From Burkholderiales bacterium (GTDB lineage Bacteria > Pseudomonadota > Gammaproteobacteria > Burkholderiales > Ga0077523): 64,000 bases of DNA. The notes below the pieces were generated by a model that had not been told where the DNA came from, did no database searches, and saw nothing but the letters and a program-made list of their open reading frames with translations. Positions 18,152 through 30,840 of this stretch are shown one piece after another (position 1 is the stretch's first letter; every line of letters begins with the position of its first letter). Position numbers and translations under genes: made by a program. The DNA is taken from contig JBBQHP010000009.1 in NCBI GenBank assembly GCA_038324085.1, positions 31,376 to 95,375 on the forward strand, given 5' to 3'.

Positions 18152-19978
<1,827 letters not shown>

Positions 19979-20007
19979 GGGGCGGATTCCGGAGAAAAAA
20001 GTCGCGC

Positions 20008-20016
20008 ATTCTAGCA
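20008..20016 (-). promoter_or_regulatory. Candidate extended -10 promoter of typA
   Basis: TGCTAGAAT about 30 nt upstream of the start. Confidence 0.45.
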
Positions 20017-20162
20017 CCGGAAGTGCTGCAGGCGTTGCACTGCACAAAAAAAGCTTGCCACTGACCCGGTTTCTGGGCCGCGCCCCGGCCGGCGAATCGC
20101 GGCGCTCCCCGGCCCGTTCCTTGCCTGGAGTTACGTCGATCATTCCCCGAAACCAAGCAATC

Positions 20163-21452
20163 ATGAACGACCTGGCCGGCCCCGAAGACTGGCTCGCACC
20201 CTGCGACCTCCCCGCCATCGAGCAACGCCTCGAGCGTGGCGGGGATATCTGGACCAGCGGACGCTACCGCCGGTTCGACCTTCACAGTCACTTTCAGCCG
20301 ATCTTCAGTCTGGCCCACGGCCGCCCGGTGGGCTTCGAGGCGCTCCTGCGCGGATCGGGACCTTCCGGGGAATCGCTCACGCCGGCCCAGCTGTTCGCAA
20401 CGCCGCGCGTCTTCTCCGAGCGATTGCTGCTGGACCGCCTCGCCTGCGCACTTCATCTCGACAACTTCCTCGCGCTGGAACGACCCGGCGACTGGCTGTT
20501 CATCAACGTCCAGCCGGATGTCTTCGTTCATAGCCCGCGCCAGGATGCCTATCTCAGCGAGTTGCTGAAAGCGCGCCAGTTCCCGAGCGCACGCATCGTC
20601 GTCGAGGTGCTGGAACAGGCGGTCGCCGACGAATCGGCGCTGCACGAGGCGGTCGCGTTCTATCGCTCCAAGGGCTGCCTGATCGCGCTGGACGATTTCG
20701 GCGCCGGCCATTCGAATTTCGACCGGGTGTGGGCGGTGCGGCCCGACATCGTCAAGCTCGACCGGTCCATGGTTGCCCGGGGCGCCTGCGATCCGAGCGT
20801 GCGCCGCGTGATGCCGGGCATCGTGTCATTGCTGCACGAAGCCGGGGCACTGGTCGTGATGGAAGGGGTGGAGACGCGCGACGAGGCACTTCTCGCCATG
20901 GACTGCGATGCCGATTTCGTTCAAGGCTACTATTTCGGCCGTCCGGGACGGACCGCGCCCGAGGCGCCGGCGGCCCGTGAATTGTTCGAGCGGCTGTGGC
21001 AGGAATTCCGCTGCCGCGTCCGGCCACAGATCGATCGCTATCGGAAGGAGATCGCGCCCTACCAGAACGCCCTCGGCTATGGCGCGAGCCTCATGGAGAG
21101 CAACCTTCCCGGCGAAGTGGCCTGTCGCGGCTTTCTCGAACTGCCGGATGCCGAACGCTGTTTCGTGCTCGACGAGTTCGGCGTGCAGAACGGTCCCAGC
21201 CTCACTCCGCCCAACCGCGTCAGGCACGACGATGCAAGCTTCAATCCGCTCGGCGAGGCCTCGGGGGCCAACTGGTCGCGGCGACCGTATTTCCGCCGGG
21301 CACTCGAACACCCCGGACGCGTTCAGGTATCCCGGCCCTATCTGTCGCTCGCGGGCGCACGCCCGTGCGTGACCCTGTCCATGAGCCTGCGCGTGCACGG
21401 CGCGACCGTGGTCCTGTGCGGTGACGTGACCTGGAACCAGGATCGCGAGTAG
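20163..21452 (+). CDS. EAL-domain c-di-GMP phosphodiesterase with a YkuI-like C-terminal domain
   Basis: [40 protein letters not shown]; C-terminal [17 protein letters not shown]. Confidence 0.9.
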   Translation: MNDLAGPEDWLAPCDLPAIEQRLERGGDIWTSGRYRRFDLHSHFQPIFSLAHGRPVGFEALLRGSGPSGESLTPAQLFATPRVFSERLLLDRLACALHLDNFLALERPGDWLFINVQPDVFVHSPRQDAYLSELLKARQFPSARIVVEVLEQAVADESALHEAVAFYRSKGCLIALDDFGAGHSNFDRVWAVRPDIVKLDRSMVARGACDPSVRRVMPGIVSLLHEAGALVVMEGVETRDEALLAMDCDADFVQGYYFGRPGRTAPEAPAARELFERLWQEFRCRVRPQIDRYRKEIAPYQNALGYGASLMESNLPGEVACRGFLELPDAERCFVLDEFGVQNGPSLTPPNRVRHDDASFNPLGEASGANWSRRPYFRRALEHPGRVQVSRPYLSLAGARPCVTLSMSLRVHGATVVLCGDVTWNQDRE

Positions 21453-21569
21453 CGCCTCCCGACCCGGGTCAGGGACGACGACGACCCGGGTCGCCCGATC
21501 CGCGGCAACCGCGACCGGGCCGAAAAAAGCCTGCGCCGTCCGCGTGCGCCACTCCGCCCTCGTGCGGCT

Positions 21570-24110
21570 TCAGCCCCGCCGCAACGTATCCATCGGGGTC
21601 GCGCGCAGTACGCGCCGGGTCCCGATCAGCCCGGCCAGCAGTACCCCGATGCTGCCGGTAACGAGGCCGACCAGCCAGACGACCGGATTGATTTCGTAGG
21701 GAACGTCGAGCACCTGTCGGGCAAGCACCCAGCCGAGCGCCGTGGCGCCGATCGCGGCAAGCAGTCCGGCCAGCGCACCGACCACCAGGAACTCCGCTGC
21801 CTGGACGTACGCGAGTTGGGCGGTGCTCCCACCCAGCGTGCGCAGGATGGCGGCTTCGCGCACGCGCTCTTCGTGCGTACTCTGGATGGCCGCGAACAAC
21901 ACCAGCAGCCCGGCACCGACGCTGAACAGGAACACGAACTCCACCGCGCGCACGACCTGGTCCATCATCGCCTGGACCTGCGCCAGCACGGCGGCAACAT
22001 CCACCACCAGCACGTTGGGAAAGCGCTTGACCAGGCGATCGAGCAGGGTCGCGTCGGCCTGCGGCAGGTAGAAACTGGTGACATAGCTCGCCGGATATCC
22101 ATCGAGCATCCCCGGCGGGGCGACCACGAAGAAATTCACGCGAAAGCTGTCCCACTCGACCTTGCGCAGGCTCGTCACCGCGCCTTGCAGTTCGCTGCCC
22201 GCGACGTCGTAGGTCAGACGGTCGCCGAGCCTGATGCGCAGGGCCTCCGCGATCCCTTCCTCCACCGAGAACTCGGGCACCGCCGGTGCCGCGTCGCCCC
22301 ACCAGCGCCCGGCCACGATCACATTGTCGACCTGCGGCGTGCGCGCCCACGACAGGTTGAACTCACGGTCCACCAATCGGCGCGCCCGATCCTCTCCATA
22401 GTCGGCTGAACTGATCGTCCGCCCGTTGATCGCGGTCAGGCGCCCGCGCACCATCGGATACAGCTTCGGTGCCGCCCGTCCCTCGTCGGCAAAGAACTGC
22501 GCCACCGCGTCGATCTGGTCGGGCTGGATGTTCACGAGGAACCGATTGGGCGCGTCCGGCGGCAGCGAACGCTTCCAGGTCTCGAGCATGTCGCCACGCG
22601 TGATCGAAAGCAGGATCAGCGCGAGCAGGCCCGCGCCGAGCGCGACCACCTGCACGACGCTGCCCAGGGCTCGTCGCGACAGATTGGCGAGACCGAAGCG
22701 CCACGCAAAGCCGGCGCGGCGCCCCGCGGCCGCCGCGGCACCGACCAACCCCCAGGCCGCCAACCCGGACACGACGATGGCCACGGCGAGTCCGCCCAGG
22801 ACCGTTCCGGCCAGCTTGAGATCGCGCGTCTGCCACAGGATAAGGGCCGCCACCGCGGCCACTCCCGCCGCATATCCGACCCAGGCCATGCCGCCGGGGG
22901 GTCCGAGGTCACGACGCAGGACGCGCAGCGTGGGCACCCTCCCCAGCGCGACCAGCGGTGGCAGCGCGAACCCGAGCAGCAACACGAAGCCCGCAGTCAT
23001 GCCCTGCAGCGCCGGCAGCAGCGACGGCGCCGGCAGGCTCACCTGGACCAGCGGCGCGAGCAGGCTCGCCAGGCCCCATTGCGCGGCGAACCCGGCCGCG
23101 CAGCCGACGAGGCCGGCGACGAGACCGAGCACGGACAACTGCAGGGCATGCAGCCAGACCGTGAGCGCACGGCTCGCGCCGAGACAGCGCAGCATCGCGC
23201 AATTGTCGAGGTGACGTTGCAGATAGCGTCGCGCCGCCAGGGCGATCGCCACCGATGCGAGAATCACCGACAGCAGCGACGCGAGGCCGAGGAATTTTTC
23301 CGCGCGCTCCAGCGCGCTACGGATCTCCGGCCGCGCATCGCGCACGTCCTCGACGCGCTGCCCGGGCGTGACCCGCAGGCTCGCGAAATCGCGGAAAGCG
23401 GCCAGCGCGGGGCGGCTGCCGGCCAGCATCAGGCGATAGGTCACGCGGCTGCCGATGGTGATGAGCCCGGTGGCGGGCAGGTCGCGCTCGTTCAACATCA
23501 GCCGGGGCATCACATTGAGGAAGCCGATGCTGCGGTCGGGGTCGTCGATCAGGCGCGCTGCGACGCGCAGTTCGCGGTTGCCCAGGCGAACGCTGTCACC
23601 GAGCGCCACGCCGAGGCGCGCAAGCACGCGCTCGTCGAGCCAGGCTTCGCCGGGCGCAGGCGCTGCCTGCCCCTCCTCCATCCCGCCATCGGCGCGGGCG
23701 AAGCGCAGTCGCCCTTTCAAGGGATAGCCTGGCGTCACGGCCTTGATCTCGGTCAGCAGGCTCGCATCGCCGGCCACCACCATGCTCGGAAAGCGCACCG
23801 TGTCCACGAGCGCGAGACCGAGCCGGCGCGCCTCCGCGCGCAGCGTTGCGTCGATCGGGTGATCGGACACGACGACCAGATCGGCGCCCAGCAACTGGGC
23901 CGCCTCCGTGGACAATGCGAGCTTCACGCGATCGGCGAAGAATGCGACGGTAGTGAAACTCGCCACCGCCAGCAGCAACGAGACGGCCATCAGGCGCAAT
24001 TCTCCGGCACGCATGTCGCGACCGAGCAGCCGAAGCGCGAGTCGCACCGCACCGAACCAGCCGAGGGCCTTGCTAGCCACGCCGCCGCTCGTGGAATTCG
24101 CCGCGCGCAC
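21570..24110 (-). CDS. ybbP: FtsX-like ABC transporter permease (YbbP-like)
   Basis: LLGADLV, YPLKG, APNRFLVNIQPDQ, REFNLSW, RKVEWDSFRVNF; start approximate. Confidence 0.88.
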   Translation of the reverse strand: MRAANSTSGGVASKALGWFGAVRLALRLLGRDMRAGELRLMAVSLLLAVASFTTVAFFADRVKLALSTEAAQLLGADLVVVSDHPIDATLRAEARRLGLALVDTVRFPSMVVAGDASLLTEIKAVTPGYPLKGRLRFARADGGMEEGQAAPAPGEAWLDERVLARLGVALGDSVRLGNRELRVAARLIDDPDRSIGFLNVMPRLMLNERDLPATGLITIGSRVTYRLMLAGSRPALAAFRDFASLRVTPGQRVEDVRDARPEIRSALERAEKFLGLASLLSVILASVAIALAARRYLQRHLDNCAMLRCLGASRALTVWLHALQLSVLGLVAGLVGCAAGFAAQWGLASLLAPLVQVSLPAPSLLPALQGMTAGFVLLLGFALPPLVALGRVPTLRVLRRDLGPPGGMAWVGYAAGVAAVAALILWQTRDLKLAGTVLGGLAVAIVVSGLAAWGLVGAAAAAGRRAGFAWRFGLANLSRRALGSVVQVVALGAGLLALILLSITRGDMLETWKRSLPPDAPNRFLVNIQPDQIDAVAQFFADEGRAAPKLYPMVRGRLTAINGRTISSADYGEDRARRLVDREFNLSWARTPQVDNVIVAGRWWGDAAPAVPEFSVEEGIAEALRIRLGDRLTYDVAGSELQGAVTSLRKVEWDSFRVNFFVVAPPGMLDGYPASYVTSFYLPQADATLLDRLVKRFPNVLVVDVAAVLAQVQAMMDQVVRAVEFVFLFSVGAGLLVLFAAIQSTHEERVREAAILRTLGGSTAQLAYVQAAEFLVVGALAGLLAAIGATALGWVLARQVLDVPYEINPVVWLVGLVTGSIGVLLAGLIGTRRVLRATPMDTLRRG

Positions 24111-24182
24111 CGGTCGTCAATCCCGGTGCCGGCGCGGACAAATCGCGCAACGGCCCCACGCCGCCGGAATCATCCCGCATGC

Positions 24183-24861
<679 letters not shown>

Positions 24862-24863
<2 letters not shown>

Positions 24864-25539
24864 GAAACTCCTGTCACTGATGCTCGGAACGCTGCTCACG
24901 CTGACCATCGCGACCGCCATTGCGTTCAATGCCCGGGCGCAAACGCCCCCGGTGATCCTGGTGCTGGGCGACAGTCTGTCGGCCGGTTACGGCCTGCCGC
25001 AAGGCAGGAGCTGGGTCGATCTGCTCCGCGGGAAAATCGAGGCCGAACGGTACGGATTCAAGGTGGTGAACGCAAGCATCAGCGGCGAGACCACCCTGGG
25101 CGGTCGCAATCGTCTGGCACCGCTGCTCGCGCGGCACAAGCCCGCGATCGTGATCGTTGAACTGGGCGCCAACGACGCCCTGCGCGGCGGCGATCTCGCG
25201 CGCACGCGCGCCAACCTCCGGGCCATCGTCGACGCGAGCGAGGCGGCGTCCGCGCGGGTGCTCGTGATCGGCATGCGCATTCCGCCCAACTACGGGCCGG
25301 ACTACACCGCACGCTTCAGTGCCCTGTTCGCGGAAGTAGCGAACGAAACCCGCTCCGCGCTCGTGCCGTTCATGCTCGAAGGATTCGCAACGCGACGCGA
25401 ATTGTTCCAGGAAGACGGCATCCATCCCAACGCGACCGCGCAGCCGCTCATCGTCGACACCGTGTTCCCGAAGCTGAAACCGTTGCTGGACAAGGCAAAG
25501 CCGAGCGCCTCGACGCTTTCTCGCAGCGCGGTCGCGTGA
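24862..25539 (+). CDS. tesA: Arylesterase / acyl-CoA thioesterase I (SGNH)
   Basis: Signal peptide; GDSLSAGYG, NASISGETT, ELGANDALRG, DGIHP. Confidence 0.92.
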
Positions 25540-25609
25540 GACAATTCGGCGGCTGTGGAGCCGCGCCGTGGCGGCACGGCCCCGTTCCCCGATCCCCCGC
25601 CCGCCATTC

Positions 25610-26671
25610 ATGCGCACCGATACCGCGACGATTGCCGAGCTCGGACAATTCGACGCATGCCTCGACGTGCGCTCGCCGGCCGAGTTCGCAGAGGACCGCA
25701 TTCCGGGCGCAGTGAATCTGCCCGTACTCGACGATGCCGAGCGGGCGCGCGTGGGCACGATCTACAAGCAGGCGTCCCCTTTTCTCGCCCGCAAACTCGG
25801 TGCCGCCCTGGTCGCGCGCAACATCGCCCGTCACCTCGAGGAGGAACTCCTCGGCCACGACCGTCACTGGCGACCGCTGGTGTATTGCTGGCGCGGCGGA
25901 AAACGCAGCGGCGCGATGACGATCGTGCTGCGCGAAATCGGCTGGGACGCGCACCAGCTCGCGGGGGGCTACAAGTCGTTTCGCACGCACGTGATCGCGC
26001 AGCTCGATCTTCTCCCCGTTCGACTGGACCTGCGCGTCATCTGCGGTCTCACCGGATGCGGCAAGAGTCGCCTCGTGGCGGCGCTCGCCGCGCAGGGCAG
26101 CCAGGTGCTCGATCTCGAGGCGATCGCGGCGCATCGCGGATCGGTATTGGGCGGGCTGCCCTTCGACCGGCAACCGACGCAGAGGATGTTCGAGACCCGG
26201 CTGTGGGAAGCGTTGCGCGACCTGGACCCGCGGCGTCCGGTGTACGTCGAAGCCGAGAGCCGCAAGATCGGCGTGCTGCGCGTGCCCGAATCGATCATGG
26301 CGCACATGTGGTCCAGCCCCTGCGTGCGTCTCGAATCCGACCGTGCGACGCGCGTGGCGTTGTTGATGAGCGAATATGCGCATTTCCTCACCGATCGCGC
26401 CCTGCTTGCGGGTCGCCTGGCGACGCTGTCAATACTGTACGGGCGCCGGCGCATCGCCGACTGGCTCCAGCTGATCGAGGACGGTCGCTTCGAGGAACTG
26501 GTCGCCGACCTGCTGGAGCGTCACTACGATCCGGCCTACACCCGCTCGATCGCGCAACGCTTTCCGGATCTCGGATCCGCTGCGCTCTTCACCGTGCCGA
26601 TCGGAGGCAGCGCTGCGGCGTATGCCGCAATTGCATCGCAACTTCTGGCCCTGGAACAGGTTCCCGCATGA
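25610..26671 (+). CDS. mnmH: tRNA 2-selenouridine synthase SelU/MnmH
   Basis: Rhodanese DVRSPAEF, VGTIYKQ, YCWRGGKRS; P-loop GLTGCGKS; HRGS; EAESRKIG. Confidence 0.94.
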   Translation: MRTDTATIAELGQFDACLDVRSPAEFAEDRIPGAVNLPVLDDAERARVGTIYKQASPFLARKLGAALVARNIARHLEEELLGHDRHWRPLVYCWRGGKRSGAMTIVLREIGWDAHQLAGGYKSFRTHVIAQLDLLPVRLDLRVICGLTGCGKSRLVAALAAQGSQVLDLEAIAAHRGSVLGGLPFDRQPTQRMFETRLWEALRDLDPRRPVYVEAESRKIGVLRVPESIMAHMWSSPCVRLESDRATRVALLMSEYAHFLTDRALLAGRLATLSILYGRRRIADWLQLIEDGRFEELVADLLERHYDPAYTRSIAQRFPDLGSAALFTVPIGGSAAAYAAIASQLLALEQVPA

Positions 26672-28344
26672 CGGTGGCCCCCGCGCCGGCCCGCTGGAAG
26701 GTCCTGGCCCTGCTGGCGGTCCTCGCGCTGGTCTGGTTCGCCAACCTCGATGCGCGGCGCCTGATCCGACCGGACGAAGGCCGCTATGCCGAAATCGCGC
26801 GCGAAATGGCGGCGACCAACGACTGGATCACGCCGCGGCTGAACGGCATCAAGTACTTCGAGAAGCCGCCGCTGCAATACTGGTTCACCGCTGCGGCCTA
26901 CCGCGTGTTCGGTCCCGACGAGTGGACGGCGCGTCTCTACACGGCTGTCACCGGCGCGCTGACCATATTGCTGGTGTGGCGCACCGGCCGGAGAATCTTC
27001 GGCGCGCCTGCCGGCATGTATGCCGGCCTGGTCGCGACCGGGATGCTGTGGATGGTAGCCAACGGGCACCTCAACACGCTCGACATGGGCCTCACCCTCT
27101 GGCTCACGGCCGGACTCGCGGGCTTGCTCTGGGCGCAGCGCGATCAGGCAACCCGGACCGAGCGCCGCAACGGCATGCTGTTCGCATGGGCGGCCGCCGC
27201 CCTGGCCATCCTGTCGAAGGGCCTCATCGGTGTCGTGCTGCCCGCGGGCGCCCTGGTGCTCTATGCCTTGATCGCACGGGACCTGCGGCTGATCGGACGT
27301 CTGCACCTGCTGCAGGGCTGCGCTGTCATGGCGGCGATCACCGTGCCGTGGTTTCTCGCGGTGTCGATCGCGAATCCGGAATTTCCCGGATTCTTCTTCA
27401 TTCACGAACACTTCGAGCGCTTTCTCACCACAGTCCATCGCCGGCAGGAACCGTGGTGGTATTTCGGACCGCTGCTGCTCGCCGGAGCGCTGCCCTGGAC
27501 GCTCCTCGCGCTGCAGGCCGTGTTCGGGGCCGTCGGGCGCGACATGCCGTCGCAGCGCTTCCGGCCCAATCTGTTTCTGCTGATCTGGTGCGTGTTCGTG
27601 GTGCTTTTCTTCAGCACCTCGCAATCGAAGCTGCCCTCGTACATCCTGCCGATCTTTCCGGCGCTCGCCTGGCTGATGGGCGATCAGATCAAGCTCATGC
27701 GTACGCGGGCGCTCGCCTGGCACGGCGCCGTGCTGATCCCCCTTGCCGTCGTCGCCGTCTGGCTGGGAGTCGGAATCGAAAAGTACGCCAATGCGCGCAC
27801 CACGGTCGCCATGTACGCCGCCTTCGAACCCTGGATCATCGCCGCCGCCGGCGTGATGCTGGTCGCGGCCATTGCCTGCATTTTCTACGCTCGGCGCGAG
27901 CACAAGACGGCCGCGGTTCTCGTGCTGTCGGTTGGCGGGCTGGGTGCCTGGCAACTGGCGCTCACCGGCCACGACGCGCTGGCGCCGTCATTCTCCGCAG
28001 CGGCGCTCGCCGCGCAGGCACGTCCTCGATTGCGGGCCGACTGCCCGATCTACAGCCTGCGCACCTACGATCAGACGCTGCCGTTCTACCTTGGACGCAC
28101 GGTGACGCTCGTGGCGTTCGCCGATGAAATGGCCTTCGGGCTCGAACGCGAGCCGCAACGGGCGCTGCCATCCATGGACGACTTCGCCGCCGCCTGGGCA
28201 TCGCACCCGTGCAGCTACGCCTTCATGGAAAGCGAAACCTTCGACGAACTGCGCGCTGCAGGTTTTCCCATGACGTTGTTGGCTCGCGATACCCGCCGCG
28301 TTATCGTCGGCAATCCGCATCTCCCCTCGGCGACGGCACCGTGA
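26668..28344 (+). CDS. arnT: L-Ara4N transferase ArnT
   Basis: PDEGRYAEIAREM, YFEKPPL, LSKG, HEHFERF, SKLPSY; arn cluster context. Confidence 0.9.
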   Translation: MTVAPAPARWKVLALLAVLALVWFANLDARRLIRPDEGRYAEIAREMAATNDWITPRLNGIKYFEKPPLQYWFTAAAYRVFGPDEWTARLYTAVTGALTILLVWRTGRRIFGAPAGMYAGLVATGMLWMVANGHLNTLDMGLTLWLTAGLAGLLWAQRDQATRTERRNGMLFAWAAAALAILSKGLIGVVLPAGALVLYALIARDLRLIGRLHLLQGCAVMAAITVPWFLAVSIANPEFPGFFFIHEHFERFLTTVHRRQEPWWYFGPLLLAGALPWTLLALQAVFGAVGRDMPSQRFRPNLFLLIWCVFVVLFFSTSQSKLPSYILPIFPALAWLMGDQIKLMRTRALAWHGAVLIPLAVVAVWLGVGIEKYANARTTVAMYAAFEPWIIAAAGVMLVAAIACIFYARREHKTAAVLVLSVGGLGAWQLALTGHDALAPSFSAAALAAQARPRLRADCPIYSLRTYDQTLPFYLGRTVTLVAFADEMAFGLEREPQRALPSMDDFAAAWASHPCSYAFMESETFDELRAAGFPMTLLARDTRRVIVGNPHLPSATAP

Positions 28345-28712
28345 CCGCGCTGTCCTTTGCGCTCGTTCTGACGGGCGTGATGCTCAACGCCGCGGCGCAA
28401 TTGCTGCTGAAGGCGGGCACCAACGCCATCGGCCATTTCGACTTCTCGCTGGCGAACGCGTGGCCCGTGGGGCTGAAGATCGCGCAGCAACCGGCCATAC
28501 TGGCCGGGCTCGCCTGCTACGGCGTCAGCGTGGTCGTGTGGATCATGGCACTGTCGCGGGTCCAGGTCAGCGTGGCCTATCCCATGCTGTCCCTGGGCTA
28601 CGTGGTGAATGCGGTGGCGGCCCACTATCTGTTCGCCGAGGACGTCAATGCCATGCGCATGGCCGGCATCTTCATCATCATCGTCGGAGTGGTGCTGGTG
28701 GCACGGAGTTGA
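28341..28712 (+). CDS. Undecaprenyl-P-Ara4N flippase (ArnE/F/G-like, DMT family)
   Basis: AQLLLK, LSRVQVSVAYPMLSLGY; four TM segments; GTGA overlap. Confidence 0.85.
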   Translation: MTALSFALVLTGVMLNAAAQLLLKAGTNAIGHFDFSLANAWPVGLKIAQQPAILAGLACYGVSVVVWIMALSRVQVSVAYPMLSLGYVVNAVAAHYLFAEDVNAMRMAGIFIIIVGVVLVARS

Positions 28713-28714
28713 CC

Positions 28715-29851
28715 ATGGACTACCTGCCTTTCACCCGGCCCGACATCGACGAGGAGACCATCGCGGGCGTCGTGTCCGTGCTGCGCTCCGGCTGGATCAC
28801 GAGCGGACCGCAGGTCAAGGCGTTCGAAGCGAAACTCTCCGAATACTTCGGCGGCCGGCCCGTGCGTGCGCTCGTCTCCGGCACCGGGGCCCTGGAACTG
28901 GCACTCGAACTCGCGGGCGTCCAGCGCGGGGACGATGTGATCACGACACCCCTGTCATGGGTGGCCACCGCCAACGTCATCCTGCGCGCGGGCGCGCGAC
29001 CCGTCTTCGTGGACATCGATCCGGCGACGCGATTGATCGATCTGGATCGAATCGCGTCGGCGATCACGCCGCGTACGCGCGCGATCATCCCGGTGGACCT
29101 TGCAGGACTGGCCGTCGATCGCGACCGGCTGTACACGATCGCGCGGAATCACGGCCTGCGCGTCATCGAGGATGCCGCGCAGAGCATGGGGACTTGCTGG
29201 CGCGGCCGGCGCATCGGCAGCTTCGGCGACCTCGTCTGCCTCTCGTTCCACGCCAACAAGAACATGACCACCGCCGAAGGCGGCTGCATCGTGCTGAACG
29301 ACGCGGACGAGGCGCTGCGCTGCGAGCGCCTGCGCCTGCAGGGTGTCGTGCGCCTGCCCGATGGTGGGCAGGAAGTGGAAGTGGCGGGTGCCAAGCTCAA
29401 CCTGACCGACATCGCAGCGCGCATCGGTATCGGCCAGTTGGCGCGGCTCGATGACTTCAACGCCCGTCGCCACGAGTTGGTCCGGCGTTATTTCGAACGG
29501 ATCGACCGCTCGCTCGGCTGCGCCCTGCCGCCCGAGGAATACGCCCACACCAACTGGCACATGTTCCAGATCCTGCTGCCGCTCGATCGGATCGACATCG
29601 GGCGCGGGGCGTTCGTCGCGCAGATGCACGAACGCGGCATCGGCGTCGGGGTCCACTATCCCGCGATGCATCTGTTCAAGCTCTACCGGAGGCTCGGCTA
29701 CGGCGAGGGCGACTTTCCCCATGCCGAGCGCGTGGGTGCGAGCATCGTCACCCTGCCGTTGTTTCCGACCATGGCCGATGCGGACGTGGACCGGGTCTGC
29801 GAAACGGTGCGTGATATTCTCAAGCCGCATCTGCGACCCGAGCACCGATGA
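28715..29851 (+). CDS. arnB: UDP-4-keto-pentose aminotransferase ArnB (DegT family)
   Basis: LRSGWITSGP, IEDAAQ, SFHANKNMTTAEGG, TLPLFP. Confidence 0.9.
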   Translation: MDYLPFTRPDIDEETIAGVVSVLRSGWITSGPQVKAFEAKLSEYFGGRPVRALVSGTGALELALELAGVQRGDDVITTPLSWVATANVILRAGARPVFVDIDPATRLIDLDRIASAITPRTRAIIPVDLAGLAVDRDRLYTIARNHGLRVIEDAAQSMGTCWRGRRIGSFGDLVCLSFHANKNMTTAEGGCIVLNDADEALRCERLRLQGVVRLPDGGQEVEVAGAKLNLTDIAARIGIGQLARLDDFNARRHELVRRYFERIDRSLGCALPPEEYAHTNWHMFQILLPLDRIDIGRGAFVAQMHERGIGVGVHYPAMHLFKLYRRLGYGEGDFPHAERVGASIVTLPLFPTMADADVDRVCETVRDILKPHLRPEHR

Positions 29852-30840
29852 GCGCACCCGACGTTTCCGTAGTCATACCCGTCTACAACGAGGAACAGGG
29901 ATTGCACGCCCTGTTCGCCCGACTCTATCCGGCGCTCGACGCGCTCGGCTGCTCCTACGAGATCGTGTTCGTCAACGACGGCAGCAAGGACCGCTCGGCA
30001 GCCCTCCTGCGCGAACAGTTCCAGCGTCGCCCGGACGTGACCCGGGTGGTCCTGTTCAACGGCAATTTCGGCCAGCATCTGGCCATCATGGCGGGCTTCG
30101 AGCATTGCCGCGGACAGCGCATCGTCACCCTCGACGCGGATCTGCAGAATCCGCCGGAAGAGATCGGCCGCCTGCTCGGTGCGATGGACGGCGGCTTCGA
30201 CTACGTCGGCACGATCCGTCGTCTGCGCCAGGATACGGTGTTCCGCCGGTGGGCCTCGCGGGCCATGAACCGGCTGCGCGAAGGCATCACGCGCATCCAG
30301 ATGACCGACCAGGGGTGCATGCTGCGCGCCTACAGCCGCGACATCGTCGATGCGATCAACGCCTGCCGCGAGGTCAATACGTTCATCCCTGCCCTGGCCT
30401 ACACGTTCGCGGTCAATCCGACCGAAATCGAAGTGGCGCACGAGGAACGCGTCGCGGGCGACTCCAAGTATTCGCTGTACAAGCTGATCCGGCTCAACTT
30501 CGATCTGGTCACCGCGTTCTCGCTGGTGCCGTTGCAGATGTTCTCGCTCGCCGGCATCTGCATCTCGCTGATCTCGGTCATCTTCGTGCTGTTCCTCGCG
30601 GTACGGCGACTGGTTGTCGGCCCCGAGGCCGAGGGCCTGTTCACGCTGTTCGGCATCGCGTTCTTCCTGATCGGCATTGCGCTGTTCGGCATCGGCCTCC
30701 TGGGCGAATACGTCGGCCGCATCTATGAGCAGGTCCGCCAGCGACCGCGGTTCCTGGTCGAGGCGGTGCTCGAGGCCGACCAACCCGCGGGCGTGACGAG
30801 CACCGCCGAAGCGCCACGCATGGCATCGAACAGGTCATGA
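29848..30840 (+). CDS. arnC: Undecaprenyl-phosphate Ara4FN transferase ArnC
   Basis: VIPVYNE, NDGSKD, NFGQHLAI, LDADLQNPPEEI, DQGCMLRAY. Confidence 0.92.
   Translation: MSAPDVSVVIPVYNEEQGLHALFARLYPALDALGCSYEIVFVNDGSKDRSAALLREQFQRRPDVTRVVLFNGNFGQHLAIMAGFEHCRGQRIVTLDADLQNPPEEIGRLLGAMDGGFDYVGTIRRLRQDTVFRRWASRAMNRLREGITRIQMTDQGCMLRAYSRDIVDAINACREVNTFIPALAYTFAVNPTEIEVAHEERVAGDSKYSLYKLIRLNFDLVTAFSLVPLQMFSLAGICISLISVIFVLFLAVRRLVVGPEAEGLFTLFGIAFFLIGIALFGIGLLGEYVGRIYEQVRQRPRFLVEAVLEADQPAGVTSTAEAPRMASNRS

Noticed and set aside
25555-28344. 929-aa SelU-ArnT fusion suggested by the ORF track
   Set aside because: SelU is in a different frame; the upstream part of this ORF is an off-frame read of selU, and ArnT starts at 26668.
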